This document shows positions 26,527-39,698 of a stretch of DNA of 64,000 nt, in pieces; position 1 is the first letter of the stretch; each line of letters starts with the position of its first letter. The position numbers and the translations under genes were made by a program. This stretch comes from Octopus sinensis (Eukaryota), in contig NC_043016.1 of assembly GCF_006345805.1 (NCBI RefSeq), positions 13,330,001-13,394,000 of the forward strand. The letters are read 5' to 3'. The notes under the pieces are model-generated. The model saw only the letters and a program-made list of their open reading frames with translations. It did no database searches and was not told the DNA's origin.

Positions 26527-26814
26527 CATATATATATATACACATACATATATATATACATACATATATATATATACACATACATACATATATATATATA
26601 TATACATGTATATATATATATGTATATATACATATATATACACACGGCTTCTTTCAGTAAATAAAAAAAAATAAGCGTTTTTCATATAATTAGTCTTCAG
26701 CATTTTTTTTTCCTTATTTAGCATTTTCTAGCATTTTTCTTTTCTTGTTTTTTTTTTTTTGGGTATTTTTCTACTGAAATTTAGCTTAAAATTGTGATTT
26801 AAGTTAACAACACT

Positions 26815-27118
26815 GGTTGGCCCAAAGCTATAGTAGAAGACACTAGTACTTATTCTATCGGTCTCTTTTGTCGAACCGCTAAGTTATGGGGACGTAAACA
26901 CACCTGCATCGGTTGTCAAGCGATGTTGGGAGGGACAAACACAGACACACATACATATACATATATATATATACATATACGACAGGCTTCTTCCAGTTTC
27001 CGTCTACCACAAGGCTATATAAGAAGACACTTGCCCAAGGTGCCACGCTGTGGGACTGAACCCGGGACCATGTAGTTGGTGAGCAAGCTATTTACCACAC
27101 TGCTACTCCTGCGCCTAT
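26815..27118 (-). mobile_element. SINE family A immediately upstream of the fos promoter
   Basis: Reverse complement of the family A head and body. Confidence 0.85.
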
Positions 27119-27249
27119 GCATAATTTTTTTAAAAGTTTAAAATAACTTGCAAAAAGAAAAGTTTTTTTTCTTTTCTTCAGAAAAACTATAAAAGTTTTG
27201 ACAACTAAAAAGAAAAAAAAGTATTTCGTGTGAAAGGACAACACTATGT

Positions 27250-27581
27250 TTACGTCATTGTTTGTATTTACAGAAATATATTTATTTATTTGTCTATTTA
27301 TTTATTAAAACGATTCGACACCGAATGGTTACGCCTTTTCAACTATTGAAAAAAGTATAAAAGATAACAATAAAAAAGAAAGAAAAGGAACTGCTCCGCT
27401 TGTGTAAAGAGCAATAAACTTCTCAGAACTATCACGAAATGAAAAAAAAACGTAGGCTACTTCGCCGAGACGGGGAGGTGAAGTTAGTTTCCCTTCATTA
27501 CCATATGCATGAGTTCTACGTCACTACCGACGCATTACCTTGTGACCATATACGGATGGCCAACAATAGCGATGAGGTAAT
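27250..27581. promoter_or_regulatory. Upstream immediate-early elements: CRE variants TTACGTCA (27250-27257) and TACGTCA (27518-27524), CArG-like CCATATACGG (27546-27555)
   Basis: Motifs read directly from the sequence. The CArG has one mismatch to CC(A/T)6GG. The arrangement parallels the SRE and CRE of vertebrate c-fos. Confidence 0.55.
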
Positions 27582-27617
27582 GTATCTATATTTAGAAAAT
27601 TACTCATTGGCTGTTGG

Positions 27618-27788
27618 TGAGTCAGAGAGTATATAAGCGTGTTGAGGTATTTCCCCTTCACAATTTTCACAGACTGAGTCATAGACTGCGGCGGAGGTCT
27701 CTGAGAGCGATAGAGGGAGAAGGTGTGTGTGTGTGCTCGTGCTAGAGAGGGAGGGTAAACTTAGCGGAAGTGTAAAAAGCTTGACTCA
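27618..27788. promoter_or_regulatory. Three perfect AP-1 sites (27618-27624, 27675-27681, 27782-27788) plus an ETS site GCGGAAGTG (27764-27772)
   Basis: TGAGTCA, TGAGTCA and TGACTCA read directly from the sequence, all within 171 bp around the predicted TSS. Confidence 0.7.
27630..27661 (+). promoter_or_regulatory. fos core promoter: TATA box (TATATAAG, 27630-27637) and probable initiator near 27660
   Basis: TATATAAG lies about 30 nt upstream of a pyrimidine-CA initiator-like site (cccttcAcaatt). A reverse CCAAT box (ATTGG) is at 27606-27610. The region retains CpGs and is free of TEs. Confidence 0.75.
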
Positions 27789-28250
27789 CAGGCCTACGAT
27801 ATATTACTACCACCTCTGATCACTGAACTGTTTTTGGTGTTTGAAAAAAAAAAAAAAGGAAAGAAAAAACTCACACATACATACACACACTTTGAAAGAA
27901 ATACAAGATTGATAAAAAAAAAAAAAGATCATTAAAAATTGAAAATTCGATCTTCGATCTTCAAGAACCAATATATATATAAACGCATGAAAAGATATCG
28001 CACAATTCACGGTTCACACCTCTGCACTGGACATTGAACAACGCATTAATGAAAGAAATCGAAAACAATAGACTTCGTAGAAAGACAGTTCGAAAAGCAA
28101 TACTTTTCCTTTTTAACAATTATTTGAAAAATCCATCCTAAACAAATCAGATATATCTATATTTTTTTCCCATTCCCGGTTTGTTTCAAAGTAAAAATTA
28201 CTTGAAATCTTTTCGCTAACGATTGAAATATTAAGTTGAAAGATAATACA

Positions 28251-28421
28251 ATGTACAATTCGAGAGAAAAGGAAGCCGGTAGTAGTAGCAATACACCTAG
28301 TGTGTCTACTAGCGTTACAACGACCAACATTACCAATTATACCAACAGTCATCACCAGGATTCTAAATACGTGGCTGACATCCTGTCATCTATGGCAAAC
28401 GGAGACCCTGTTTCCCAGAAT
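28251..28421 (+). CDS. fos: Fos/kayak-family bZIP transcription factor, coding exon 1 (57 aa, MYNSREKEAG...VADILSSMANGDPVSQN)
   Basis: ATG at 28251 and an open frame to the donor AAT|GTGAGT at 28422 (phase 0). It joins in frame to exon 2 and lies downstream of a TATA box and a cluster of AP-1 sites. Confidence 0.88.
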
Positions 28422-29530
28422 GTGAGTACAACCTTCTATCCACCGTATTACTAGTTGTCACTCTAAGCTATTAGTCACTCTGCTAACACAGCGTACCAGC
28501 TGACCTCGTTTGTTGTGGTGCCTCTGTAGAGGCATGCCTTTCACAGTACCCCGGATGGTTTAAATACTATGAACAGACCCTAGACACACAGATCATGGAC
28601 AACTTAGCCTCTAGTTAGTCGTCGTCACACCTCCTAGGACTCCCCTCAGTCAAAATTTCGTACACCTACCTGCACATGTCTTTAGTGTTTATATACATTA
28701 CACACAACTGTCTCTGCCTACTATTCCCAAACATTTCATACCGATTGGTTGCATTACTTAGCTATCTCTTTTATCTGCAATTACTTTACTATTTCTTTTT
28801 TTTTTTTTAACTTTAGTTTGAAACATTATTTTTTTTCATTTTTAGTTTCTTACAGCTTTTTTTTCCCCTAACTTAAATAGTTTTGCTTCGTTTCTCCCAA
28901 CACCTTTTTTCCACAACTTTCGCTTTTGCGGGATAGTTTGTAGAATTTTGTTTGTCTATACAAAACCATTTAAATGTACTACGTAGACCCAAACTACATG
29001 AATTCTTACAATGAATCGTGCCGTTATAATCGGCCGCGAGGATCCATGCATCAGACACATTCTCATTATGAGGTTAGTTTTAAAACTTATGTTATTTACT
29101 CGATCGCAGGAATTTAATCCTAAGTAAATACAATTCCATAAAAAGAAAAAAAAAAGCTGCGCGCCAATGTTTTTTCGATAAGCAATTGTTTTCGCTTTTT
29201 TCTTCTGCTCTTATGTTTGTTTACCTACGACCGGTGCTCTAAGGTCTATCATTTCATCACTTTTCTTTTATAATCCAATTTTGCTCTCTCTCTAGCTTAA
29301 ATAAATACATAGTATTCGTGACATAGGTTTTATTAAACAAAACACCACAATATGCAGTTTCATTTCGGTAAAATTCAAAACCAATTGTCTAGAAAGTAAA
29401 CGATAGCTTAGAAGTCAATATCTATTAGTATAGCATACTAAGTCTAAACTTACTAAATGTATATTCTGTTATAATTGTTTTGAATGATGAATAAGAATTT
29501 ATACCATATCTCCGATGCTAGATCTATGGT

Positions 29531-29601
<71 letters not shown>

Positions 29602-29712
29602 ACACACAACACGCGAATGTATGCATATGTCACTTTCTACAGGTAGATATGATTAAGATAGATGTTTGATACTAACTACTTAGTAAATTTGGTTTCATTT
29701 GATATTTTACAG

Positions 29713-30084
29713 CAATACTCTATACCTGGATTTGTTTGCGGAGTTACAACGGCAACGACACCAACGTTAACACCAACAACTTTTGTCAACTTGGAACAAG
29801 CCTTCATCGAACTTCAATCGGTTCCAGTAAGTTCAGCAAATCAAGATCCACTCACACAAAGTGGATTTGTACCACCCATAGTAGAGCCTGTTGGAGTTAG
29901 TTCAAATGAGCACATTTCATCTAACTCCGCGGGCACCGCAAATTCTGGTGCGTCCATGGATCGTTACCAATACGACTCTGATGATGCCGAATGGGAGACT
30001 AAAAGACCACGTTCGTCCACTGGTAGCAGTGCATCTTCCAAGGGATCCCCTACATACAGTTCTTCCTCAAGACAAGATAAAAAA
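29713..30084 (+). CDS. fos: Fos coding exon 2 (124 aa; TPTLTPTT and QSGFVPP motifs, Ser-rich tail)
   Basis: Acceptor ttttacag|CAA at 29712 and donor AAA|GTGAGT at 30085, both phase 0. The TTPTLTPTT and GFVPP motifs are typical of invertebrate Fos N-termini. Confidence 0.93.
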
Positions 30085-31489
30085 GTGAGTGTGCTTAAAT
30101 GTCAAATTAAAGAAGAAAAGGTAATCTTTCACGGCACCTTTTTCCTTCCTTTATTTGTAAACATTTTTCACTTTGTTTCTTTCTTATTCAGTGATTCTAT
30201 GTTTGAACCGATTCGATACATTTTGCTTTAAAGTACCTTACATAGTCTTAACCATAAACTTTACTCTAGTATTGATGTGTTGTTCAGCAGTTCATTCCTA
30301 ATTCATTTGAAGCTCATTGAACTAGTCTGCTTTTAAGTAAGATTCTCGAAATTTACATTTACGAAAGAAGCTAAAAAGAGATATACAGCTAGCAATACAT
30401 TTTTTAATTCAAAATAACACATGAAACTTTAGTAAATAAACTCCTTGTTTTCTTTATATTGTGTTGGTAGTAGTAATCTTTTATTCGTTTCGCCAAATTT
30501 TGTAACTAACCCAACTACTGTAAACTTAGTGATACCTTAATAGTTTTTAGCATTCTACAAATTATTAATTCCCATTTTCTCTTAAGGTGAAAATAGAAAT
30601 TTCCATTTATTATTGATAATACAAAAACTATATACATTCAAATCAAAATTTTTGTAAATATTAATAGTCGTTGAATAGAATTTGTCTCCTTACATAGAGT
30701 TTAATGACATTTAATGACGACAAGTGCCCACATGGTTTAAGTTTCTGACCATAAAAATTACATGACCCTGCCGTTTTCTGGGTTCTTTTCTACTTTAAGC
30801 TTTTGTCAACAACCTAGTTTCGATTTTATTTATGTTTTTTTTTTTTGTGGTGGGGATACAACGGGCAACATTTCCAACTGCTCTTTCTATAAAATTTATA
30901 CGTCGACCTCATTTGTACGAAAATAGTTCTTTAATTAAACCTATTCACAAGAAGTAATGTTTGTTTTAATTTCTTGTTTAAACAGTTTGTTCTCAGATGT
31001 TCTCTTTCTCCTGTCTTTCTTTCATTCTCCGTGGACTAGAAGATTTAACTAATAAAGCATGATGCAATCTAATTTGATCATGAGCTGTTTTCAGTGTTCT
31101 TATCATTAACACAGAAATGAAATCATGGCGTTTTGTGAATGTATATACACACATCCAACGACACATGTATAGATTACTATTCCGTTAAAGAAGAATCAAC
31201 AAAAACGTGTTCCATCTCGTGAGAGATAAATATCAGTTAATATACACAACATAAAGATATGAACTACTAGTAGTTTCTTGCCATGGAGACACCATAACTG
31301 GGTAGATTTGTATAACATGCCTTGTGTCTCCCCGCAATCCATCGACTCAAGGATCTATGTGTGCGTGTGTGTATGTTTATATTGTACTATACTACAAAAT
31401 ATCTTTAGGTTCGAAGTTAACACTATACGTAAACCTTTATCTATATACAATATCTTCTGAATTTTTGGATATACGTACGTACGTATATA

Positions 31490-31523
31490 TATATAAATAA
31501 TATGACTGTGTACATGTATCTGC

Positions 31524-31566
<43 letters not shown>

Positions 31567-31957
31567 ATATATATATATATAATATATATGAATATATATA
31601 TATATATATGAATATATTTGTATATATATATGAATATATTTGTATATATATATGAATATATTTGTATATATATATATGAATATATTTGTGTATATATATA
31701 TATATGAATATATTTGTATATATATATCAATATATTTGTATATATATTGAATATATTTGTATATATATAATGAATATATTTGTGTATATATATATATATG
31801 AATATATTGTATATATATATCAATATATTGTATATATATATGAATATATTTGTAATATATATATGAATATATTTGTGTATATATATAATATGAATATATT
31901 TGTATATATATATATCAATATTTGTATAATATATATGAATATATTTTTGTATATATA

Positions 31958-32023
<66 letters not shown>

Positions 32024-32161
32024 ATATGAATATGAATATATTTGTATATAATATGAATATATTTGTATATATATATGAATATATTTGTATATATATGAAT
32101 ATATATATATATATTATATATATGATATATTTGTATATATACAAAATATATATATATATTA

Positions 32162-32197
<36 letters not shown>

Positions 32198-32478
32198 CAT
32201 ATTATCTATATATATGTATGAATATATCTATATATATGTATGAATATATCTATATATTATGTATGAATATATCTATATATATGTATGAATATATCTATAT
32301 ATATGTATGAATATATCTATATATATGTATGAATATATCTATATATATGTATATAGATATATTCATACATATATATAGATATATTCATACATATATATAG
32401 ATATATTCATACATATATATAGATATATTCATACATATATATAGATATATTCATACATATATATAGATATATTCATAC

Positions 32479-32528
<50 letters not shown>

Positions 32529-32804
32529 TTCATATATATACAAATATATTCATATCTATATATATGTATGAATATATCTATATATATGTATGAATATATC
32601 TATATTATGTATGAATATATCTATATATATGTATGAATATATCTATATATATGTATGAATATATATATATATATATGTATGAATATATATATATATGTAT
32701 GAATGTATAAATATATCTAAATGATATGATATATATGTAAAAATTGTAATATATAAATAAATATCTGTAATATAAACCATCCGATCTTCTGATTACCTCA
32801 TTTC

Positions 32805-32840
<36 letters not shown>

Positions 32841-32850
32841 GAATATATAT
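31490..32850. repeat. AT-rich compound micro/minisatellite in fos intron 2, containing a 283-bp palindrome (32206-32488)
   Basis: (TA)n interleaved with units of about 20-22 bp such as CTATATATATGTATGAATATAT. Six forward units are followed by six reverse units. Confidence 0.92.
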
Positions 32851-34272
32851 CATATTATATATTTTTTGTGTATATTCATCGAAAGTTCGTAAACATATGA
32901 ACGTATGTGTATGGTATGTCTGTGTGTGTGTTATGTATATAGTCTTAAAATAAATATAACCACATGTGAATCTTTTTTCGGTTATTCACTTTATTAAACT
33001 TTCTTTGTGCGCAGATTTATCGATTAAACGAGAGAGAGAGAGAGATCTGAAAGTTCTAGTTTGTATTATTTTCGTTTGTCATTATACTCTCTCTCTCTCT
33101 CTCTCTCTTTCCCCCACCCCTCGGGCACCCGTCGGTGACCGACTAAAATACGCAACTTTTTTCATACTAGTTTTCAGACAGCCAATCTACTGTTGTACTA
33201 AGCTAGACTTCTATTTTCTCCCCGTGATAATTATATATTGCAGTCGTTTAGGTCGTCTCTCTCTCTTTTTTTTTAAGTGCTGGCTGGAATGAGAACAAAA
33301 CTTCTTTGTTTCTTTCTTTATTTGTCTTCATTAGCCTTCCTCGCACTTGCCAATGATGGTAGGCTTTCTTTCTAGTTAAGCCTGTCATTGTTATTAATTC
33401 AATGAGAAACAGTAGAACAGTGCGTCGGAATAAAAAAGAGTTTATTTGTTTAATGCATTCTCTGCATTCTCCATAAATGTCCTTTCCCATGTTAGAAACA
33501 TTAGATGTTTATTTTCTTGTCGTTATAACATATCATCCAAGAACAAATAAAGAGTTAATTTTGGCTTCTATTTTTGCTCGTTTTATACATAGCCATCTCT
33601 ATTCTGCTTCTAATTTTGTGTAGTAGCAGACCAGATTCGGAATACATGATTCAAATTAAAACCGGTATTAAAGGAAGCTGAAGCCTTTTACCTATTTTTA
33701 ATTCCTGTTATATATTCTGACATAGGTCTCTCCTACCTGATAAAATTAACTTCTTAGGCTAAAACAACAATCAGGTTCTTCTTAATTGGTAGCCATTTTG
33801 ATGTTACTTTGTTCTTGTTCTTTGTTCGGTGTTTATTCGACGTAACCTCGTATGTGTGGAGGGGTATATATATATGTGTGTGTGTGTGTGTGTATAGACA
33901 CACATGCACGTGTCTGTGTGTGTCTAGATACATATACACACGTGTGTATATAAATATGTATAATTACATATATACATCTATACGCACACTCGTATATAAA
34001 GAATATGAACTCTATATGTGCGTATATATAGGCAGATAGATAGATTGGTGTTTCTTTAGTGGCACTCACTTCTTCATAATTATCATGTATATCTACAATA
34101 CAATGTATGCTTTGTTCGAGAGCTAAGCATCTAATGGTTACGTTTTTCTCATAATTTTGATATTTAGTTTTAAATATCACCAATTCTTGAGTACAAAACA
34201 CCGCTTATTAAACTCCAATTATTGTGCTTTATATTCAATCCCCTTATATATATGTATGGTATATATATACAT

Positions 34273-34306
<34 letters not shown>

Positions 34307-34397
34307 CTTATGTATATAAATGTATAGTTTCTTTCGAAAACATTTTATATTAATATTTGAAATGGTTATTTCATTTATATTTTTTAATATGCACATA

Positions 34398-34448
<51 letters not shown>

Positions 34449-34450
34449 GC

Positions 34451-34481
<31 letters not shown>

Positions 34482-36629
34482 TACATATATACATAAGATC
34501 GTTGTAGCTTGCTTGAAGCATTAGAGTACAAAAGTAGAATAATTGAAATGAGAAACAAGGAATGCACCTAACAATGCAAAATGTTTAAAAACCTCTCGTT
34601 TCATTTATTTTTCCTACTTGCATAGTGAATAGGGAGAGCTTTTTACCATGCAAAAAGAATTTAGTAACCCTTATATACATATTTCGGTCACAAAGACCTA
34701 TCATCAGAAGAAGTAAATGGTATTTTAATCAACACGACCAGTGATTTATAAACTAACGTTTCTTCGTTGTTTACTTCCCACGAAGGACCTTTGTGTTTTT
34801 GATATACAAAAGATTATTTAATTTGTTCCTTTTCGCATCGTCAAAAGCTCTGACTTTTACTATTTTGCTTCTTTGTCACAAATGCTGCAGACAAGCGACA
34901 ACGCTTGGCTGTGTGGTAAAGAATTTCGCTTCCCAACAGCATGGTTCCAGGCTCATCCTTACTGCATGGCACCTTGGCCTTGTTTCTTCTAAAGTCTTCG
35001 GCCAGCCAAAACCTTGTGAGTGGTTTTGCTAGGTAGAAACTCAAAGAAGCCTCTGTATGTGTGTGTGTGGCTGTATGGTAAAGAAGCTTGTTTCCCAACC
35101 GCATGGTTCCAGGTTCAGTCCCACTGCATGGCACCTTGAGAGCAAGTGTCTTCAACTATAGCCTGGGACCGATCAATGCCCCGCGTGCGAATTTAGTAGA
35201 TGGGAGCTAAAAGAAGCTCGTCAAGTGTGTGTGTGTGTGTCAAAAATGGGGAAGTCCGGTTTATGAGGTTACCTTCAGTTTCCAGTCCATAAAGGGTTTA
35301 GCTTTACGGACGGGAAACCTAAGGTAATCCCAAAAACCGGACTTACCCATTTTTAATATATACTGTGTGCTTCTTCTTTCGGATTTGTTTTCTACAAACG
35401 GTGTGTGTGTGTGCTTGTCCCCCCCACTACCTCTTGACAACTGGTGTTGGTGTGTTTATGTCCCCATAACTTAGTGGTTCAGCTAAAAGATTGATAGACT
35501 AAGTACCAGGCTTAGATAGACTAAGTGCCAGGCTTAGATAGACTAAGTACTGGGGTCGACTCGTTTGGCTAAACTTCTTCAAGGCAGTGCCCCAGTATGG
35601 CCACGGCCTAATGACTGGAACAAGTGAGGAAAAAAGTGCATATTTGTATCTTTTTGTTTGTGTTTGTCCCCCACCACTGCTTGATGTGCTCAGTACCCTG
35701 TAACTTAGCAGTTCAGCAAAAGTGACCACACAACGTGGCTGTGTGGTAAGTAGCTTGCTTACCAACCACATGGTTCCGGGTTCAGTCCCACTGCGTGACA
35801 CCTTGGGCAAGTGTCTTCTAATATAGCCTCAGGCTGACCAAAGTTTTGTGAGTGGATTTAGTAGACAGAAACTGAAAGAAGCCCATCGTATATATACATG
35901 TGTGTGTATGTGTATATATATATATATATACATGTATGTTTGTGTGTCTGTGTTTGTCCTCCACCACCACTGCCATAGCTTGACAACCAATGTTGATGGT
36001 TTACTCCTCGTAACTTAGCAGCTCAGCAAAAAAGACCGCTAGAATAAATACTAGGCTTGTGAAGAATAAGTCCTCGGGTCGATTTGTTCAACCAAAGGTG
36101 TGCAGTCACATGACTGAAACAAATAAAAGAATTGGTACAGGCTTCAGGAAATATGTACTGGGATTGATTTGTTCTGCTAACCCTTCAAGGAGCAGTGGCC
36201 CCGGCATAACCACAGCCCAATGAATGAAACAAGCAAAAGATGAAAAGACATATATACGTACATACATACATGCATACATACATATCATTGAAATGCTTTT
36301 TTAAATTTTGTGACCATATATGGTTAATAAGTAAAAAGAAAATATTTTCGAAATATCATCAAATTCTCAGGCAAGAGAATTTATTTAAATTTCAGTAGAA
36401 TTTGATACATTTTTGAGTAAATTTTTCCTTGAGTATTTTAATTTATTTGTCCCAGTTGATGCAACTGTGATTCACAGCTTGAGCATTGCTTTCAACAGGC
36501 AACACTTGATGTCACGGTCAAACATAATTTTATTTTTTTTAATAAATTTGAGTTCACAATCTGTATTGAATCCTTTCATCAATCAGTAAAGTTGTTACCC
36601 TAGCAATACAAATACATATTTATTATATA

Positions 36630-36672
<43 letters not shown>

Positions 36673-36855
36673 TGTGTATACATTTGTGCTCTTCTAACAG
36701 CACAAGGAGTATTTTACTTCTATTTCTAGCAATGTAGATGTCTCAGAACTCTTGGTCACATTTAGTGATGATTGAATTTTTCCTTTATGGTATTATGCTG
36801 TACCTAGCTATTTATATTAATTTTTGTGTGTGTATATATATATACATATACACAT

Positions 36856-37186
36856 GAGAAGACTCCCTTCGGTCATGAATGACCATGGGATTGCATCTAG
36901 AAAGTTACCCTCCGAGGCACAAGTCCAGGCAAGGTTGCTTTGTGGAAGGCCAGTCACCCATGCATACCGGCCTTTCCTCTTCACCTGACTGATGTTTTCC
37001 AAGGGAAAGGCAAAGACCGATACAGCTTGGCACCAGTGATGTCACAACTCATTTCTACAGCTGAATGACCTGGATCAATGAGAAATAAAGTGTCTTGCTC
37101 AAGAACACAACACAGCCCGGTCCAGGAATCAAACTCACAATTTCACGATCGTAAGCTCAATGTTCTAACCACTGAGCCATGCACCT
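36856..37186 (-). mobile_element. tRNA-derived SINE family D (CORE-like middle, LINE-like tail)
   Basis: The minus-strand head GGTGCATGGCTCAGTGGTTAG is followed by GAGTTTGATTCC. A matching plus-strand copy lies at 63381-63712. Confidence 0.8.
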
Positions 37187-37358
37187 ATATATATAGGTGC
37201 AGCAGTGGCTGTGTGGTATGTAGCTTGCTTACCAACCACATGGTTCCGGGTTCAGTCCCATTGCATGGCACCTTGAGCAAGTGTCTTCTACTATAGCCTC
37301 AGGCCAACCAAAGCCTTGTGAGTGGATTTGGTAAATGGAAACTGAAAGAAGCTTGTCG

Positions 37359-37398
<40 letters not shown>

Positions 37399-37986
37399 CT
37401 GTTGTACCTAACCATTTCTCATGTCCTAAGTGTTGTATGTGTTGATGCTTAGACTCTAGTGCTTCCCACAACTAAACTATGTATCTTGTGTGTGTGTGTA
37501 ACCTATGTGGTCAGGATTCAGTTTCCACTGTATCCTGAGTTGATGTCTTAGCTCCGGGACAATCAAAGCTTTGTGAGTGAATTTCTTAGATTGGAAACAA
37601 AGAAACCTGTCACAAGTGTTTGTGTGTACCATTGTCTTGATGTCACATGATGATTGTAAATGAGCATCACTGTCATACATGTGGTGTTGTTCATTTCTAG
37701 TCTTCCATTGTAAGCATGTCTGGCCGTGGAGAAATATTACCTTGCTTGAAAACAAGTGATCGGTTGGTGATAAAAAGGGCCTCTGGCTGTAGTAAATCTG
37801 CCTTTAACAAATTCCATCTTACCCTAGCAAGCATGGAAAAATAGATGTTAAATGAAGGTGTCTGTGTGTTTGTGCATGTCAAGTGTAATAAATGAAAATA
37901 GTTTTCTAATATTATTATTACAAATGTTTTCAAAAGAAAAAGACAATTTTTTAAAACATGTAAACTGGAATAGGACAAAACGTTAA

Positions 37987-38436
37987 CCCTTTCGTTACCA
38001 ACCCGGCTGAAACCGGCTCTGGCTCTGGCTCTGAGTACAAATGCCTTGTTTTCATAAGTTCTGAATTAAAATCTTCCACCAAAGCTTAGTCACAATTTAT
38101 GTTCCTAACACTAGCTGAATGGTAACTAAGTTATTTTAATAAATTCTTTGTTATATTTAAAGTTAGTTAGTTAGTTAGTTAATTTGGCTCAAAAGCAAAT
38201 AGCAAGGCCATGTAGTGGGACATGGAGTTAAGTACTGGGTGGTGTTCATGTAAAGAGTTCAGGCCACTTGAGGTCCAGGGAGGCTTTGAACAAAGCGGTC
38301 GTCGGCATCTTTACCATCTCGTCTGGCAGCTTGTTCCACGGATCCGCAACCCGGACGGAGAAAGCTCCTCTCCTTCGATTGAGATGAAATCGTCGCAGAC
38401 ACAGAACATCTCAATAGAAATATGGTGACAAAAGGG
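37987..38436. mobile_element. piggyBac-type MITE interrupted by a CR1-like LINE 3' fragment
   Basis: TTAA|CCCTTTCGTTAC left end and AAAAGGG|TTAA right end. The sequence is homologous to the MITE at 50052-50274. Confidence 0.8.
38161..38400 (-). mobile_element. CR1-like LINE 3' end nested in the MITE
   Basis: The minus strand encodes RRFHLNRRRGAFSVRVADPWNKLPDEMVKMPTTALFKASLDLKWPELFT* and ends in a (TAAC)n tail. Confidence 0.8.
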
Positions 38437-39629
38437 TTAAACATTATTTCCATAATATATTGATTTTGATGAATCAGTTTTATAGTATCCTCTTCTTGAT
38501 GGACTTTCCTAAAAATTAGTGGGGAAAAGCTACTTTGAAATTATTCAAAGCTTCATATTCTGTGTCAGGTGTATGACATCTATACAGCTATCTTTTAAAA
38601 GTAAATTTTTTCTGATTTGCCAACAAAAACCATTGTCTTTGTGCACAGAAAATATAAGTTGGCCAAAACCATTCCATTATTAATTATCTTACTCTGTTAA
38701 AAATGGTAATGAAAAGCAGAATCATCCCTGGGAAACTTTGAACCCACATCAAAGAAAACAAATGAGTAGATTGTGAATGATATCCACCACTCAACACTAG
38801 AACCACCACATTAGGAAGATAGAGATCTGTATTAATAGGTTTATAGTAATGATTTGGGGGCTTCCTTGTTTTTGTTTTTTAATATGTGTGGTTGTTAACC
38901 TTTTTCTTCACCATATTTATGTCGAAATACACTGCCTTCGTTCTCATTAATTTTGAAAATAACGAAGAATTTAGTAAAATAACTTTGTTGCTGGTGTTAG
39001 GAACATAAATTAACAGGAAATTCGTTTTGTTGATTACGTCCTTTCGAAAGCAGGAGGTTTATATCATAGAACAAGGGTCAGTCTCAGACTGGTTGATATC
39101 AAAACGGTTGAAGGGACGTTGCAGTGGATCCACGGTAGAACGTAATCAACAAAACGAATTAGTTAAACTCAGGGACCTCACCACTTGCAAGCAAGTTGTA
39201 CCTCCTCAGGGGTACCAGCATGACTGTAGTTCAGTCCCACTGCCTGACATCTTGGGGCAGATGTCTTCTACCACAGCCTCAGGTTGACTAATTCTTATGA
39301 GTGAAATATACTTAACAGTGAAATATAAATAGGCGCAGGAGTGGCTGTGTGGTAAGTAGCTTGCTAACCAACCACATGGTTCCGGGTTCAGTCCCACTGT
39401 GTGGCACCTTGCGCAAGTGTCTTCTACTATAGCCTTGGGCTGACCTTAAGGTGCAGGAGTGGCTGTGTGGTAAGTAGCTTGCTAACCAACCACATGGTTC
39501 CGGGTTCAGTCCAACTGCATGGCACCTTGGTGCAAGTGTCTTCTGCTATAGCCCCGGGCCGACCAATACCTTGTGAGTGGATTTGGTAGACGGAAACTGA
39601 AAGAAGCCTGTCGTATATATGTATATATA

Positions 39630-39698
<69 letters not shown>

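Noticed and set aside
28236-28454. ORF-track boundaries for the fos exons (TTG starts and read-through into introns)
   Set aside because: Splice signals and homology define different boundaries. The tails VSTTFYPPYY, VSVLKCQ... and [10 protein letters not shown] are intronic.
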